From Opitutales bacterium (GTDB lineage: Bacteria > Verrucomicrobiota > Verrucomicrobiia > Opitutales > PNEW01), in NCBI GenBank assembly GCA_965197745.1, contig CBDANS010000007.1, positions 224,001 through 288,000 on the forward strand: a DNA stretch of 64,000 nucleotides. The letters run 5' to 3'. The notes under the pieces are model-generated. The model ran no database searches and was not told where the DNA came from. It saw only the letters and a program-made list of their open reading frames with translations. Numbering within the stretch: the first letter of the stretch is position 1; each line of letters begins with the position of its first letter. The position numbers and the translations under genes are program-made. Positions 39,421 through 50,316 of the stretch are shown in pieces.

Positions 39421-40479
39421 GTGAACGAAAATACGCACCTCCGTTTAACGAAGTGGCCTTTTTATACAGGCGATGCGCTCTTAGTTTTTCTCGCGATTCT
39501 AATCGTAATTTTTTCCGATAAACCTCTGGGTTCAACGGCCATATCATGGTGCGTCATCAGTATTACTTTCGGAGCGCTGCTTTTTATCGCGCCTTTTGTT
39601 TTGGAATACTTAAACGCACTTCGCGTGGCCAAAAACCAGCTCCAGGAGACTGTAGAGGCGCAACACCAAAGCCTGACTGCGGTGCTGCATGAGCTGAATA
39701 ATTACAGCAAAACACTATCTGATCTTGCTCAGAAATCGGCGAATTCATCTGAAAAGATTGATAATCTCGGGCCTGAATTGCAAAGTCTGCTGAACGAGAC
39801 CGGTCTAAAGCTGAAGGAACTTATCGACGACGCCCAGTCAGCATCTTCCCGGATCAAGTCTCAGGGAGATGACTTTAATCAACGTATGGAATCACTCGAG
39901 AATTCGGTTAAAGAAGTATCGACATATTTAACAGCTCAGATCGTGAATGATGATGAGAATGAGAAGGCTGCTCGTGGACAGAAAAAGGGGCCAAAGACGA
40001 AGAACCCGACCAGCAAGCAGGATCCATCAATCACCAATCCGGAAGAAGAGACAGAGGTGATTACGGTGGACACGGCAGCCGCTGATGAAGCAGACTCTAT
40101 CTTTAGTGAGTCTGTTGAGCCCGAAAGTAATGGCGAAAGGCTGAATCAATCAAGTGATGCGGAAGATGAGAGCGCAAAAATAAAAGGAGTAACAATTTCG
40201 TCTGCGGAGGACGCTGAATCAATTGCACTTATAGCCCACCTTAATATCAGCATAGACAGCACCCCCTATGTTCGTGGTGAGGGAGCCGGGTTGAAATGGG
40301 ATGAGGGGATACCGATGGATTTCATAGAAATCGGTAAATGGGAGTGGGTAGTGAATAATGCAAACGAAACAGCGTCCTGTCGGATTTTTAAAGATGACAC
40401 TATAGCCGCCCGGGGCGACGATATCATTATCAACATCGGTGAGCGGGCAGAAGTATATCCAGAATTTCCAGAGGAGTAG
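39421..40479 (+). CDS. Membrane-anchored hypothetical protein with coiled coil, acidic linker and a small C-terminal beta domain
   Basis: Two N-terminal TMs, heptads, low-complexity linker, C-terminal YVRGEGAGLKWDEG...W motif. Confidence 0.65.
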   Translation: MNENTHLRLTKWPFYTGDALLVFLAILIVIFSDKPLGSTAISWCVISITFGALLFIAPFVLEYLNALRVAKNQLQETVEAQHQSLTAVLHELNNYSKTLSDLAQKSANSSEKIDNLGPELQSLLNETGLKLKELIDDAQSASSRIKSQGDDFNQRMESLENSVKEVSTYLTAQIVNDDENEKAARGQKKGPKTKNPTSKQDPSITNPEEETEVITVDTAAADEADSIFSESVEPESNGERLNQSSDAEDESAKIKGVTISSAEDAESIALIAHLNISIDSTPYVRGEGAGLKWDEGIPMDFIEIGKWEWVVNNANETASCRIFKDDTIAARGDDIIINIGERAEVYPEFPEE

Positions 40480-40542
40480 AATCTGAATGCCGTTTGCTTC
40501 TACACACCGATCGTGCTTGTGGTTATAGGACTTAATATAGCT

Positions 40543-41291
40543 CTATAATCCTGAACCCGATGTGTTATCGGGATCGTATATAAAGCCTACCCCGTGTATG
40601 GTACGGAATCCTTCCAGCGTATGGTCATTACGGGAATAACATTCGCGGATTTTGACAATATACTGATCAAGTGATCGACTGCGCACATCGGCGTGAATAC
40701 CCCAGACAGCGTGTATTAAACTTCGACGTGTTAGGACGGTACCTATATTTGAAGCTAAATAGGTAAGTATTCCTAATTCCTTGCGCCCTATCTTTTCGAT
40801 CTTGCCATTGGGAAAAGCGATTTCAAGACGAACAGGATTAACATCGACATCACAAAACTGGAAAGTTTCCTGTGAGAGTGCCGCGTTTTTTGTAATATGG
40901 AAATCATGGGCTGTCTCAGCGCGACGCAGGACAGCATGGATGCGCGCGATAAGCTCGGGAAAACTGAATGGCTTGGTAATATAATCATCGCCCCCCATGT
41001 CCAGCCCCTTTACCCGGTGGACCTCAGAATCATTGCCTGTTAAAAAATAACAGGGACTTGAATATTATTCTTCTTGAGCTCATCGAGGAGGGTAAATCCA
41101 CTGGTGTCGGGTAAATTTACGTCCAGCAGGAGCAGATTCGCGAAATTCTGTTTGAGGAACCGCATGACATTTGAAGAGCGATGATACACCTGAGTCATCA
41201 TCCCAGCAGCTTCCAGCTGTTCGGAGATTAAAGCAGCCAGTTCCTTTTCGTCTTCGACAATTAGAATAAGTGGTTTTGGATTGGTGGCCAT
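40543..41291 (-). pseudogene. OmpR/PhoB-family response regulator split by a 1-nt frameshift (real or sequencing error)
   Basis: Receiver ORF 41291-41040 (LIVEDE, LLDVNLPDTSG) stops at PVIF*. The adjacent frame continues LTGNDSEVHRVKGLDMGGDDYITKPF into a winged-helix domain (VWG, RTIHGVGF). Confidence 0.85.
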
Positions 41292-41493
41292 AACAGCAGC
41301 GTTATGTTTTTATGCTCTCTTGGATTTAAAATACCCTTACAATATCCCAAATTTATTATGATATCTTTCTAGATATATATAAAAATACTCCTATATTTAC
41401 AATTTTTTTATTTAATTTTCTGAATAATCCAACAATCAATGGAATAAGAATAAGCTTGTGTGCGACGAGACCAAGCGTCATCTAGACTGTATT

Positions 41494-42378
41494 GTGTCAG
41501 AAAATAAATCATTGCTAATGCTGGGGCTCCCGAAAGGTAGCTTAGAGGAAGCTACAATCAAGCTATTTGCCAAAGCAGGTTGGAAGATTCAACAGCACGC
41601 TCGATCCTATATACCTATTATCGACGATACCGAAGTCGAAGGCCGATTTATTCGTGCTCAGGAGGTCAGTCGCTACGTTGAACATGGATTTTTTGATGCC
41701 GGGCTGACGGGACATGACTGGATATTGGAAAATGAGTCTGATGTGATTGAGGTCTGTAGCTTGGTCTACAGCCGGTCATCTAATGTCAAGTCACGCTATG
41801 TCCTCGCTGTTCAGGAGTCATCGTCAATAAAGACAGTTAAGGATTTGCAGGGTAAACGGATCGCGGCAGAAGTGGTTAATCTTACCCGGCAATATTTAGA
41901 GGATCAGGGAGTTGAAGCGGAGGTGGAGTTTTCCTGGGGGGCTACCGAAGTGAAAGTTCCCGATCTCGTGGACGCTATTGTTGATATTACCGAAACGGGA
42001 AGCTCTCTTCGTGCCAATGATTTAAGGATTATCGATACGATTTTCTGGACGGATATAAAGTTTATTGCCAACAAGGAAAGTTGGAAAGACGCGGATAAAC
42101 GTCAAAAGATAGAAAACATGGCCATGCTTTTGCAAAGTGCTCTCGATGCGGAAAACAAGGTAGGGCTGAAGCTTAACGCGCCTAAAGATAAGTCTGAAAT
42201 AATAATAAAAGAACTCCCCTCCCTGCGAAATCCAACGATTTCTCAACTGAGCAAAACCGATTGGATTGCCATTGAAACGGTTCTTGATGAATCGATCGTG
42301 CGTGAAATTATACCCCTGCTTAAAGCGCACGGCGCTGAAGGTATAATCGAGTATCCACTTAATAAGGTCGTCTATTAA
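41494..42378 (+). CDS. hisG: ATP phosphoribosyltransferase (long form)
   Basis: [35 protein letters not shown]-terminal regulatory domain; start uncertain (GTG 41494 or ATG 41518). Confidence 0.95.
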   Translation: MSENKSLLMLGLPKGSLEEATIKLFAKAGWKIQQHARSYIPIIDDTEVEGRFIRAQEVSRYVEHGFFDAGLTGHDWILENESDVIEVCSLVYSRSSNVKSRYVLAVQESSSIKTVKDLQGKRIAAEVVNLTRQYLEDQGVEAEVEFSWGATEVKVPDLVDAIVDITETGSSLRANDLRIIDTIFWTDIKFIANKESWKDADKRQKIENMAMLLQSALDAENKVGLKLNAPKDKSEIIIKELPSLRNPTISQLSKTDWIAIETVLDESIVREIIPLLKAHGAEGIIEYPLNKVVY

Positions 42379-42660
42379 TACGCTGGAATGAATAATTACA
42401 GCACTATACCGACAACTCCGGGACGGGCAATTCGGGATCACAATCCCTTCGCAGGTTAGCACTTTTTTGACTTGCGCAAGTGAATAGATCTATGTCAACA
42501 TGTTCGTTTCCCTCCAGTGTGGAGGGAAGCTTTACTATCCTTACAGACCATTAAGATTCTACTTTGAACTTTGACCTCAACGTTTAATTAAACCTCAACC
42601 TTTCAACTTTTACAGAAATCCAAATGGAGTCCTATTTGGATTTTCTGAGATCATTCGATT

Positions 42661-44325
42661 ATGAGTTCCTCCATCATGGAAGATCTGCTGGCTGAGAGCC
42701 AGTTTGAGTTGCTTAAAGAAGGCGCCATTATTCCCGGGACGATTACAGAAATCCGTGAAAATGAGGTGGTCATTGATATTGGGGCTAAAGCCGAGGGGAC
42801 GATATCCGCATCGGAGTTTGTCGATGTTGGAGAGCTCCAGATCGGTTCTCAGATTGAAGTTTATGTCGAAAAACTGGAAGATCGTGATGGCAATCCCATC
42901 CTTTCCTACGACAAAGCTGAACAAAAGAAAAACTGGGAGAATATCCTTTCTAAATGTGAAGAGGGGACGGTTGTATCCGGGCGCGTGAAGAGTAAGGTCA
43001 AAGGGGGTCTCATCGTTAATATCGGTGTCGATTCTTTTCTCCCCGCCTCTCAAATTGATATTCAACCGCCCAAAAATCTCGATCAATATGTAGGTCAGAC
43101 CTATGACTTTAAAGTTCTTAAGATCAATCAGGAACGTCGCAATATCGTAGTTTCTCGCCGCGAGCTTATTGAAGAACAGCGCCTGATGAAACGTCGTCAG
43201 CTTCTCGACAATGTAAAGCCGGGTGATGTTCGCCAGGGAATTGTAAAAAATATCACCGATTACGGTGCCTTCATTGACCTTGATGGTCTTGATGGTCTCC
43301 TGCACATCACCGATATGAGCTGGGGCCGTATATCGCACCCCAGCGAAATGCTTAAGATGGGCGAAGAGGTCAATGTGATGATTATTGAGGTAGACCGCAA
43401 TCGAGAGCGTGTTTCACTTGGATTAAAGCAAACCACTTCAAACCCATGGGAGGGCATTGATACCCGCTTTCCAATTGGCTCCAAAGTACACGGGAAAATT
43501 GTTAATCTCGTGCCTTATGGTGCCTTTATTGAACTGCAAAGGGGTGTCGAAGGCCTGGTTCATATAACCGAGCTGTCTTGGACGAAACGTATCAATAAGC
43601 CCAGTGAAGTTCTAAAAGTGGGGGATGAAATTGATTCTGTGGTTCTCGCTATTCAAAAAGATGAACAGAAAATATCTTTAAGTGTACGTCAGCTCGATCC
43701 TAATCCCTGGGATATGGTCAAGCATAACTATCCTGCCGGCGCGCGTGTGCGTGGTAATGTGCGCAATCTAACAAACTATGGCGCATTTATTGAACTCGAG
43801 GAAGGAATTGACGGGATGATTCATGTCTCCGATATGTCCTGGACCCGTAAAGTGAATCATCCCAGTGAATTCGTAAAAAAAGGGGATGAAGTTGATGCTA
43901 TTGTCCTGGATGTGGATTCTGATAACCAGCGTATTTCACTTGGGATGAAACAACTCTCGGCAGATCCCTGGAGTGAAATCGATCAACTCTTTAAAATTGG
44001 TGATGTCGTAAATGGTAATGTTACTAAGGTCACGACCTATGGCGCTTTTGTGGATCTGGGAAATGGCATTGATGGTCTGGTCCATATAAGTCAAGTCAGC
44101 GAGGATCATATTGAGAAAATAAAAGATGTCCTTAAAAACGGCCAGGAGGTCACCTCACGTGTTATCAAGATCGATCTCGAAGAGCGACGCATCGGCTTAA
44201 GTATCAAAGCCGCAAATTACGATGCGGAACAACTCGCTGCCGAAACTGCTGCCTACGAAAATATCAAAAACGACGATTTGACAAGTCTGGGTGACATCCT
44301 TGATGAGGCCACCAAAATAGACTGA
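42661..44325 (+). CDS. rpsA: 30S ribosomal protein S1
   Basis: Six tandem S1 repeats (YGAFIDL, GLLHITDMSW, RISLGMKQ). Confidence 0.97.
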   Translation: MSSSIMEDLLAESQFELLKEGAIIPGTITEIRENEVVIDIGAKAEGTISASEFVDVGELQIGSQIEVYVEKLEDRDGNPILSYDKAEQKKNWENILSKCEEGTVVSGRVKSKVKGGLIVNIGVDSFLPASQIDIQPPKNLDQYVGQTYDFKVLKINQERRNIVVSRRELIEEQRLMKRRQLLDNVKPGDVRQGIVKNITDYGAFIDLDGLDGLLHITDMSWGRISHPSEMLKMGEEVNVMIIEVDRNRERVSLGLKQTTSNPWEGIDTRFPIGSKVHGKIVNLVPYGAFIELQRGVEGLVHITELSWTKRINKPSEVLKVGDEIDSVVLAIQKDEQKISLSVRQLDPNPWDMVKHNYPAGARVRGNVRNLTNYGAFIELEEGIDGMIHVSDMSWTRKVNHPSEFVKKGDEVDAIVLDVDSDNQRISLGMKQLSADPWSEIDQLFKIGDVVNGNVTKVTTYGAFVDLGNGIDGLVHISQVSEDHIEKIKDVLKNGQEVTSRVIKIDLEERRIGLSIKAANYDAEQLAAETAAYENIKNDDLTSLGDILDEATKID

Positions 44326-44419
44326 TTTATTCATTGATAAATCATTTGAGGCAGAAGTTATACGCATATCAGCGTGTAATGATAGGCACTTAAAATGATC
44401 GGCTATTTAATAGTAAATA

Positions 44420-45925
44420 ATGCATAAGAGTCGTTTGTTTATTGCCTGCATTATTTCTCTTGTAACGACATCGTTTGGATTTATCGTTCGCGCATTTTTA
44501 CTGACTGATTGGGGCGTTAAATTTAATCTCTCCGAATCACAATTGGGTTCTATCCAAGGAGCAGGACTGTATCCCTTTGCGCTGAGCATCATTTTATTCA
44601 GTTTGATTATCGATAATTTGGGCTATGGGAGAACCATGGCGATCGCTTGGATTTTCCATGTGGTATCAGCGGTCATCACGATCACAGCGAACAGTTATGT
44701 CGCACTTTACCTGGGGACTTTTATGTTCGCGCTCGCCAATGGGGCAATTGAAGCGGTGATTAACCCTGTTACGGCTACTCTTTATCCCCGAAATAAAACG
44801 CATTACCTGAATATTCTCCACGCAGGATGGCCAGGTGGATTAGTCCTGGGTGGCATCATCGCCATTGCCATGAGCGGTATTAAAGTAGAATGGGCCTGGC
44901 GTTTGCAAATTGGGCTCTTCCTTATCCCCACATTTATATATGGTATTCTTTTTTTCAGGCAAAAATTTCCTATTCAGGAGCGAGTTACGGCTGGGGTCAG
45001 TTATAAAGCCATGCTTTCCGAATTTGGATGGATAGGATGCTTCATCAGTTGCCTTTTAATGGTCTATGCCTTTGACGAAGTATTGCGGGTTTTTCACCTG
45101 AATATAAATCTTTTGTGGAAGGCACTGTTAACGATTATTCCCACGGCCATTTTCATCATTAAAATTAAAAGCCCGGGTCGGCCGGTATTTGTTTTTCTTA
45201 TGTTTATCATGATTCTTGGTGCTACCACCGAAGTGGGAACTGATAGTTGGATAGCGTCCCTTCTGACCCCAATACTCTCCGACCTGAGCCAGAATGCGGG
45301 GAATTGGGTCCTTGTTTATACTTCTCTTATAATGTTCATCCTCAGATTTTTTGCCGGGCCCATTGTCCATCGAATATCCCCTCTGGGGCTTCTTGCCGTG
45401 TGTGCCGCTATTGCCTGTATCGGACTCTTTTGGTTGTCCGCGGCCACATCTGCCTTTATCATTTTTCTGGCTGCGTCATTTTATGGTGTCGGAAAGACCT
45501 TTTTCTGGCCAACCATGTTAGGGGTTGTCTCAGAGCAATTTCCAAAGGGTGGGGCGCTTACCCTCAACGCCATCGCTGGAGTGGGCATGTTAGCCGTTGG
45601 GGTTATCGGTAACCCGATTCTTGGCACCATTCAGGACAAATATCTGGATGCGCATCTCTCTGAGCAAAATTCAGCGCTCCATTCTAAAATTACTAAAGAC
45701 GAACAAACGAAATATGGAGTCACTTATCGGCCGCTGGATAAAGTTAAGATCGGCCAATTAACGGATGAAGATAAAATCGAAGTAGAGAGAATACGGAAAG
45801 ATAATAATCTAAGCACTTTAGCTAAAGTTGCTTTCTTACCGCTTGTTATGTTTTTCTGCTATCTCAGTTTAGTTCTCTATTACCGGAAAGCAGGTGGATA
45901 TCAGGTCGTAGCCTTGGGGAATTAA
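44420..45925 (+). CDS. MFS transporter
   Basis: About 12 hydrophobic helices, DNLGYGR motif-A-like loop, HAGWPGG, RFFAGP, FFWPTMLG. Confidence 0.88.
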   Translation: MHKSRLFIACIISLVTTSFGFIVRAFLLTDWGVKFNLSESQLGSIQGAGLYPFALSIILFSLIIDNLGYGRTMAIAWIFHVVSAVITITANSYVALYLGTFMFALANGAIEAVINPVTATLYPRNKTHYLNILHAGWPGGLVLGGIIAIAMSGIKVEWAWRLQIGLFLIPTFIYGILFFRQKFPIQERVTAGVSYKAMLSEFGWIGCFISCLLMVYAFDEVLRVFHLNINLLWKALLTIIPTAIFIIKIKSPGRPVFVFLMFIMILGATTEVGTDSWIASLLTPILSDLSQNAGNWVLVYTSLIMFILRFFAGPIVHRISPLGLLAVCAAIACIGLFWLSAATSAFIIFLAASFYGVGKTFFWPTMLGVVSEQFPKGGALTLNAIAGVGMLAVGVIGNPILGTIQDKYLDAHLSEQNSALHSKITKDEQTKYGVTYRPLDKVKIGQLTDEDKIEVERIRKDNNLSTLAKVAFLPLVMFFCYLSLVLYYRKAGGYQVVALGN

Positions 45926-45979
45926 CTTTTGGCATATTAGCGACGGTGAGAAAATATAGTAACAGATAGCTATTTATTT

Positions 45980-47005
45980 CTACTCATCCCCGTTTTTTTC
46001 TTCGATCTTTGACTGGAAAAACTCTTGAAGCACTTCCATGCGTTGTTGTTTTAACTGTTCTTCGCGAATTTCTTCAGCATTGCGTTGTCGCTCATTTTTG
46101 GTTAACGATTTTCTCATCTTAGACAGCGCCATATTTTGAAGCTGACGGACTCGCTCACGTGTAATATTGAATACCAGGCCCACTTCTTCCAAGGTCATTG
46201 GTTTTTCATTATCCAACCCGAAACGCATGCGTATAATATTTGCTTCACGTTCGTTCAGTTGAAGTAACATCTTGTTGATGTCATTGATAAGCGACTTGTT
46301 GCGGAGGTTTTCGAAGGGATTAATGGCATTCTCATCGCCAACTAAATCCCCAAATTCAGTACTTTTATCATCACCTACCGGTGCATCCAGTGATGTGGGT
46401 CTTACACTTACTGATTTTAAATGGGCAATCTTGTTGGCAGGCATTCCCATTTCCATTGCCAGTTCATCATCGGTTGGCTCCCGACCAAACTCTTCAACAA
46501 GTTCAAGTGTTAGTTTCCTCATTTTCGCGATCTTGTCTACGAGGTGGACGGGTAAACGTATGGTCTTACTCTGATTAGCCAATGCACGTTTAATCGACTG
46601 TTTTATCCACCATGCAGCATAGGTGCTGAGTTTGCCCCCCTTGTCAGGGTCAAAACGTTCAACGGATTTGATCAAACCGATGTTGCCTTCGCTTATCAGA
46701 TCCAAAAGGGGAAGACCAAAATTCGAATAATCGTGAGCGATCTTAACTACTAATCTCAGGTTTGCCTGGATCATCTTTTTACGTGCTTCAGCATCGCCTT
46801 TTTGAATACGACGCGCGAGGGCAACTTCTTCCTTGGGCTTTAAAAGGGGGACTTTGCCGATTTCCTGTAAATAAAGTTTAATCGCGCTATGGTCAGAAGC
46901 CTGAAGATCATTCTTCTCCTTCGGCTTATCTGAGCTCGCGTCCGGTTGCCTCAAGACTTCAATAGCTCTGTCTTCAGATTGTAACTTATCGGCTTTTAAA
47001 CCCAT
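45980..47005 (-). CDS. RNA polymerase sigma-70 factor, RpoD/RpoS type lacking region 1.1
   Basis: YLQEIG, ANLRLVVKIA, DLISEGNIGL, STYAAWWIKQ, TIRLPVH, TLEEVG...TRERVRQ. Confidence 0.93.
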   Translation of the reverse strand: MGLKADKLQSEDRAIEVLRQPDASSDKPKEKNDLQASDHSAIKLYLQEIGKVPLLKPKEEVALARRIQKGDAEARKKMIQANLRLVVKIAHDYSNFGLPLLDLISEGNIGLIKSVERFDPDKGGKLSTYAAWWIKQSIKRALANQSKTIRLPVHLVDKIAKMRKLTLELVEEFGREPTDDELAMEMGMPANKIAHLKSVSVRPTSLDAPVGDDKSTEFGDLVGDENAINPFENLRNKSLINDINKMLLQLNEREANIIRMRFGLDNEKPMTLEEVGLVFNITRERVRQLQNMALSKMRKSLTKNERQRNAEEIREEQLKQQRMEVLQEFFQSKIEEKNGDE

Positions 47006-47229
47006 AATACAGTTAGGACACCTGCAATTATCTTTGGTTCTTCTTAAATTCCACCCAACTCATTATAAAGCGAATCCTCTTATTATGGCAATGGGCATAT
47101 CGCTAATCGCTCAAACGCTCTAAATATTGCCTAAAATATTGAATGGTATAAACTTAAATTGATAAATACTTCCCTCCTTAAAGGGTCAGAAGGAAAATTA
47201 TCACTCTATGTCAGATATCTTTTCGCTAT

Positions 47230-48726
47230 TTATCCTCGAGTCATACGCTCTGCTTTAGCTACGGCACGAAGCATCCCCTTAGCTTTATTAAGGGTCTCTT
47301 CAAACTCACTTTTTGGATGTGAATCGGCAACCAATCCAGCTCCTGATTGGATGTAAAGAGTATCCTCCTTAAGGAGCGCAGTGCGTATGGCGATACAGGA
47401 ATCAAGATTTCCATCATAGCTAAAATACCCGAGAGCACCAGCGTATGGCCCACGCTGTTCTCCTTCAAGTTCTTCGATGATCTGCATGGCACGGATCTTG
47501 GGCGCTCCGCTTACGGTACCTGCAGGAAAGGTCGCTCGCATGAGTTCAAAGGCATTATGCTCAGAAGAAAGAAGGCCTTCTACTTGCGAGACAATATGCA
47601 TGACATCCGAATAGCGTTCAACGATCATGAACTCAGGGACCTTGACGCTACCGAATTGACAGACTCGCCCGATATCGTTTCGCGCAAGGTCAACGAGCAT
47701 AAGATGCTCAGCCCTTTCTTTTTCGTCCGAGAGCATTTCGCGTTCGAAGGCAATATCTTCTTTGTCATTTTTTCCCCGGGGACGTGTTCCAGCAATGGGA
47801 CGAACTTCGACCAGACTCCCTGTTAATTTGACATGCACTTCCGGAGAAGCTCCCACAAGGGCGAACTCACTCGTTTCGTAAAGAAACATATAGGGAGAGG
47901 GATTAATAGTGCGCAGGGCGCGATAGAGCACGAGCGGTGATTGAGAAAATTGTCGTTCGAATCGCTGTGAGCCAACGACTTGAATGACATCACCTGCGCG
48001 AATATACTTTTTACTCCTGGTGACTAAAGCTTCAAATCCCTCTTGCGTGAAGTTTCCCGGCGGAACATCCATAGTACCATTTTCAATCATAGGTATCGGA
48101 GCCAACGTCCGACTCTCCTGTAGGGTATGATAAAGCTCCTCTAGTCCTTTAACCGCTTCTTCATAAGCATTTTCTGGATCATCCTCGATATGGGCGTTGA
48201 CAAGTAATCGCAGGGTTTGGCGAGCGCGGTCAAAAATAACTACCTTATCACTTATCATAAAATGAATGACGGGCATTTTAAGTGGATCTCCGCCAGCGAT
48301 GGAAACGGTAGGTTCGATACTATGAATATATTCGTAGCCTATGATGCCGACAGCGCCCCCGATAAATGGAGGCATGCCCTCTAATTTTACGGGATGATAA
48401 CGTGACATTTCTTTCTCGACGATAGCCAGCGGGTCCTTGCTCGGAGGGAGAGTCACTGTTTCACCGCCACGTTCGCTCACGACAATTTTATGATGATAGG
48501 CTTTGATCGTTTTTCGCGGTTGGCATCCGATAAATGAGTAGCGAGCAAGTCGCTCACCACCCTCTATCGACTCTAATAGAAATGCTGGTCCCGATTGATT
48601 CAACTTGAAGTAAGCGGATACTGGTGTTTCAAAATCTACCATTAAATCAGCGTAAACCGGCACCAAATTACCTTCTTTGGCCAGCTTTTGAAATTCATCC
48701 AGGTTGGGAACTATATTTATATTCAT
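47230..48726 (-). CDS. trpE: Anthranilate synthase component I
   Basis: LLES, NPSPYM, GASPE, PIAGTRPRG, EHLMLVDLARND, FPAGTVSGAPK; start placed at ATG 48726. Confidence 0.93.
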   Translation of the reverse strand: MNINIVPNLDEFQKLAKEGNLVPVYADLMVDFETPVSAYFKLNQSGPAFLLESIEGGERLARYSFIGCQPRKTIKAYHHKIVVSERGGETVTLPPSKDPLAIVEKEMSRYHPVKLEGMPPFIGGAVGIIGYEYIHSIEPTVSIAGGDPLKMPVIHFMISDKVVIFDRARQTLRLLVNAHIEDDPENAYEEAVKGLEELYHTLQESRTLAPIPMIENGTMDVPPGNFTQEGFEALVTRSKKYIRAGDVIQVVGSQRFERQFSQSPLVLYRALRTINPSPYMFLYETSEFALVGASPEVHVKLTGSLVEVRPIAGTRPRGKNDKEDIAFEREMLSDEKERAEHLMLVDLARNDIGRVCQFGSVKVPEFMIVERYSDVMHIVSQVEGLLSSEHNAFELMRATFPAGTVSGAPKIRAMQIIEELEGEQRGPYAGALGYFSYDGNLDSCIAIRTALLKEDTLYIQSGAGLVADSHPKSEFEETLNKAKGMLRAVAKAERMTRG

Positions 48727-48999
48727 CCGATTAAACTTATGAGAAGCTGTTGATTTTGCGTCAGGGAACAAGCATATTTCTGACCTATAGCTTTACCCTT
48801 GACTTTTCAATAGCCTTTAAAATCAATCAGGTTAGCGTCTGCTTTTTTAACCTTTAAACATATCAATACCTTGTAGCAATATTAGGATTAAGCCTCACCT
48901 TTCAGTTTACCATTAAACAAAGGTGGATACGCCAGCTTTTGAATAACAGTGCTAATCAAATATATTTAACCCACTATCTAATCGAAAATAGAAATCAAC

Positions 49000-50316
49000 A
49001 TGAAAAGTTCTCTCCTCCCCATATCCACACGGTTTATGTTCAAGTTTTTTATAATTGTTGCCCTTTTTCCTGCAACACTGCTGGCCGGTGAACATGACGT
49101 TTTGAACAATGGTGACACTGCATGGATGCTCACAGCCACGGTACTCGTTCTCTTCATGACTATACCGGGACTCTCTCTCTTTTACGGTGGTTTGGTACGC
49201 AATAAAAACGTCCTCTCCGTGCTGATGCAATGCTTTGCCACCGTTGGTTTAATAACGGTCCTCTGGATTCTATACGGGTACAGCCTGGCATTTACCGATG
49301 GTGGTGGCTTGCACAAGTTCGTCGGTGGATTTTCCAAGGCCTTTTTAAGCGGCCTTACCGTTGATACGGTTAGTGGCACCATCCCGGAAACTGTATTTCT
49401 TACATTCCAACTGACTTTTGCCATTATTACACCTGCCCTTATCGTTGGAGCATTCGCCGAGCGCATGAAATTCAGTGCGATGCTATGGTTTAGCGCTATC
49501 TGGTTTACGCTGTCCTATTTACCGGTTTGCCATATGGCCTGGGGCGGGGGCATATTAGGTGATTGGGGGGTGCTGGATTTTGCCGGTGGTACCGTTGTTC
49601 ATATAAACGCCGGAATTGCTGGATTGGTGGCCTGTGTCATGGTTGGCAAGCGTCAAGGGTTTCCCCAACAGCCCATGAAGCCCCATAGTCTGCCCTTAAC
49701 CGTGATTGGGGCCTCTATGCTTTGGGTTGGCTGGTTCGGGTTCAATGCCGGAAGCCAATTGGCGGCCGATGGCGTCGCGGGGATGGCGATGCTTGTCACC
49801 CAGGTGGCTACTGCTACTGCAGCCCTGACCTGGATGTTCATCGAGTGGATTCGGCATGGTAAACCAAGCGTCCTCGGTATTGCTACCGGTGCGGTTGGTG
49901 GTCTAGTAGCTATCACGCCGGCATCGGGATCTGCTGGTCCCATGGGAGCGCTGCTTATCGGGTTTGCCGCAGGATTATTTTGCTATATCTTCTCAACTTC
50001 TGTGAAGAAAAAATTCGGCTACGACGATAGTCTGGATGTATTCGGCGTCCACGGAATAGGAGGGATTGTCGGTGCTCTCTTGACGGGATTGTGCGCGGCG
50101 GAGTTTATGGGAGGATCAGGAATGGCACACGAGACGCTTGGCCTTCAGCTCTGGAATCAATTACGGGGAGTCATCTTAACCATAGTCTGGTGTGGGGTGG
50201 TCTCCATAGTATCCCTATTAGTGATCGATAAAATTATCGGATTGCGTGTCACGGATGAGGAGGAAGTCATTGGGTTGGATATCAGTCAACACGATGAACA
50301 AGGCTACGAGATTTAA
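49000..50316 (+). CDS. amtB: Ammonium transporter
   Basis: GDTAW, PGLSLFYGG, FAIIT, DFAGGTVVH, GWFGFNAGS, DDSLDVFGVHG. Confidence 0.96.
   Translation: MKSSLLPISTRFMFKFFIIVALFPATLLAGEHDVLNNGDTAWMLTATVLVLFMTIPGLSLFYGGLVRNKNVLSVLMQCFATVGLITVLWILYGYSLAFTDGGGLHKFVGGFSKAFLSGLTVDTVSGTIPETVFLTFQLTFAIITPALIVGAFAERMKFSAMLWFSAIWFTLSYLPVCHMAWGGGILGDWGVLDFAGGTVVHINAGIAGLVACVMVGKRQGFPQQPMKPHSLPLTVIGASMLWVGWFGFNAGSQLAADGVAGMAMLVTQVATATAALTWMFIEWIRHGKPSVLGIATGAVGGLVAITPASGSAGPMGALLIGFAAGLFCYIFSTSVKKKFGYDDSLDVFGVHGIGGIVGALLTGLCAAEFMGGSGMAHETLGLQLWNQLRGVILTIVWCGVVSIVSLLVIDKIIGLRVTDEEEVIGLDISQHDEQGYEI

Noticed and set aside
42456..42486. TTAGCACT resembling a CIRCE half-site
   Set aside because: No matching GAGTGCTAA arm at 9-nt spacing, and it is not upstream of a chaperone gene
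42610..43338. 242-aa minus-strand ORF
   Set aside because: Antisense shadow of rpsA
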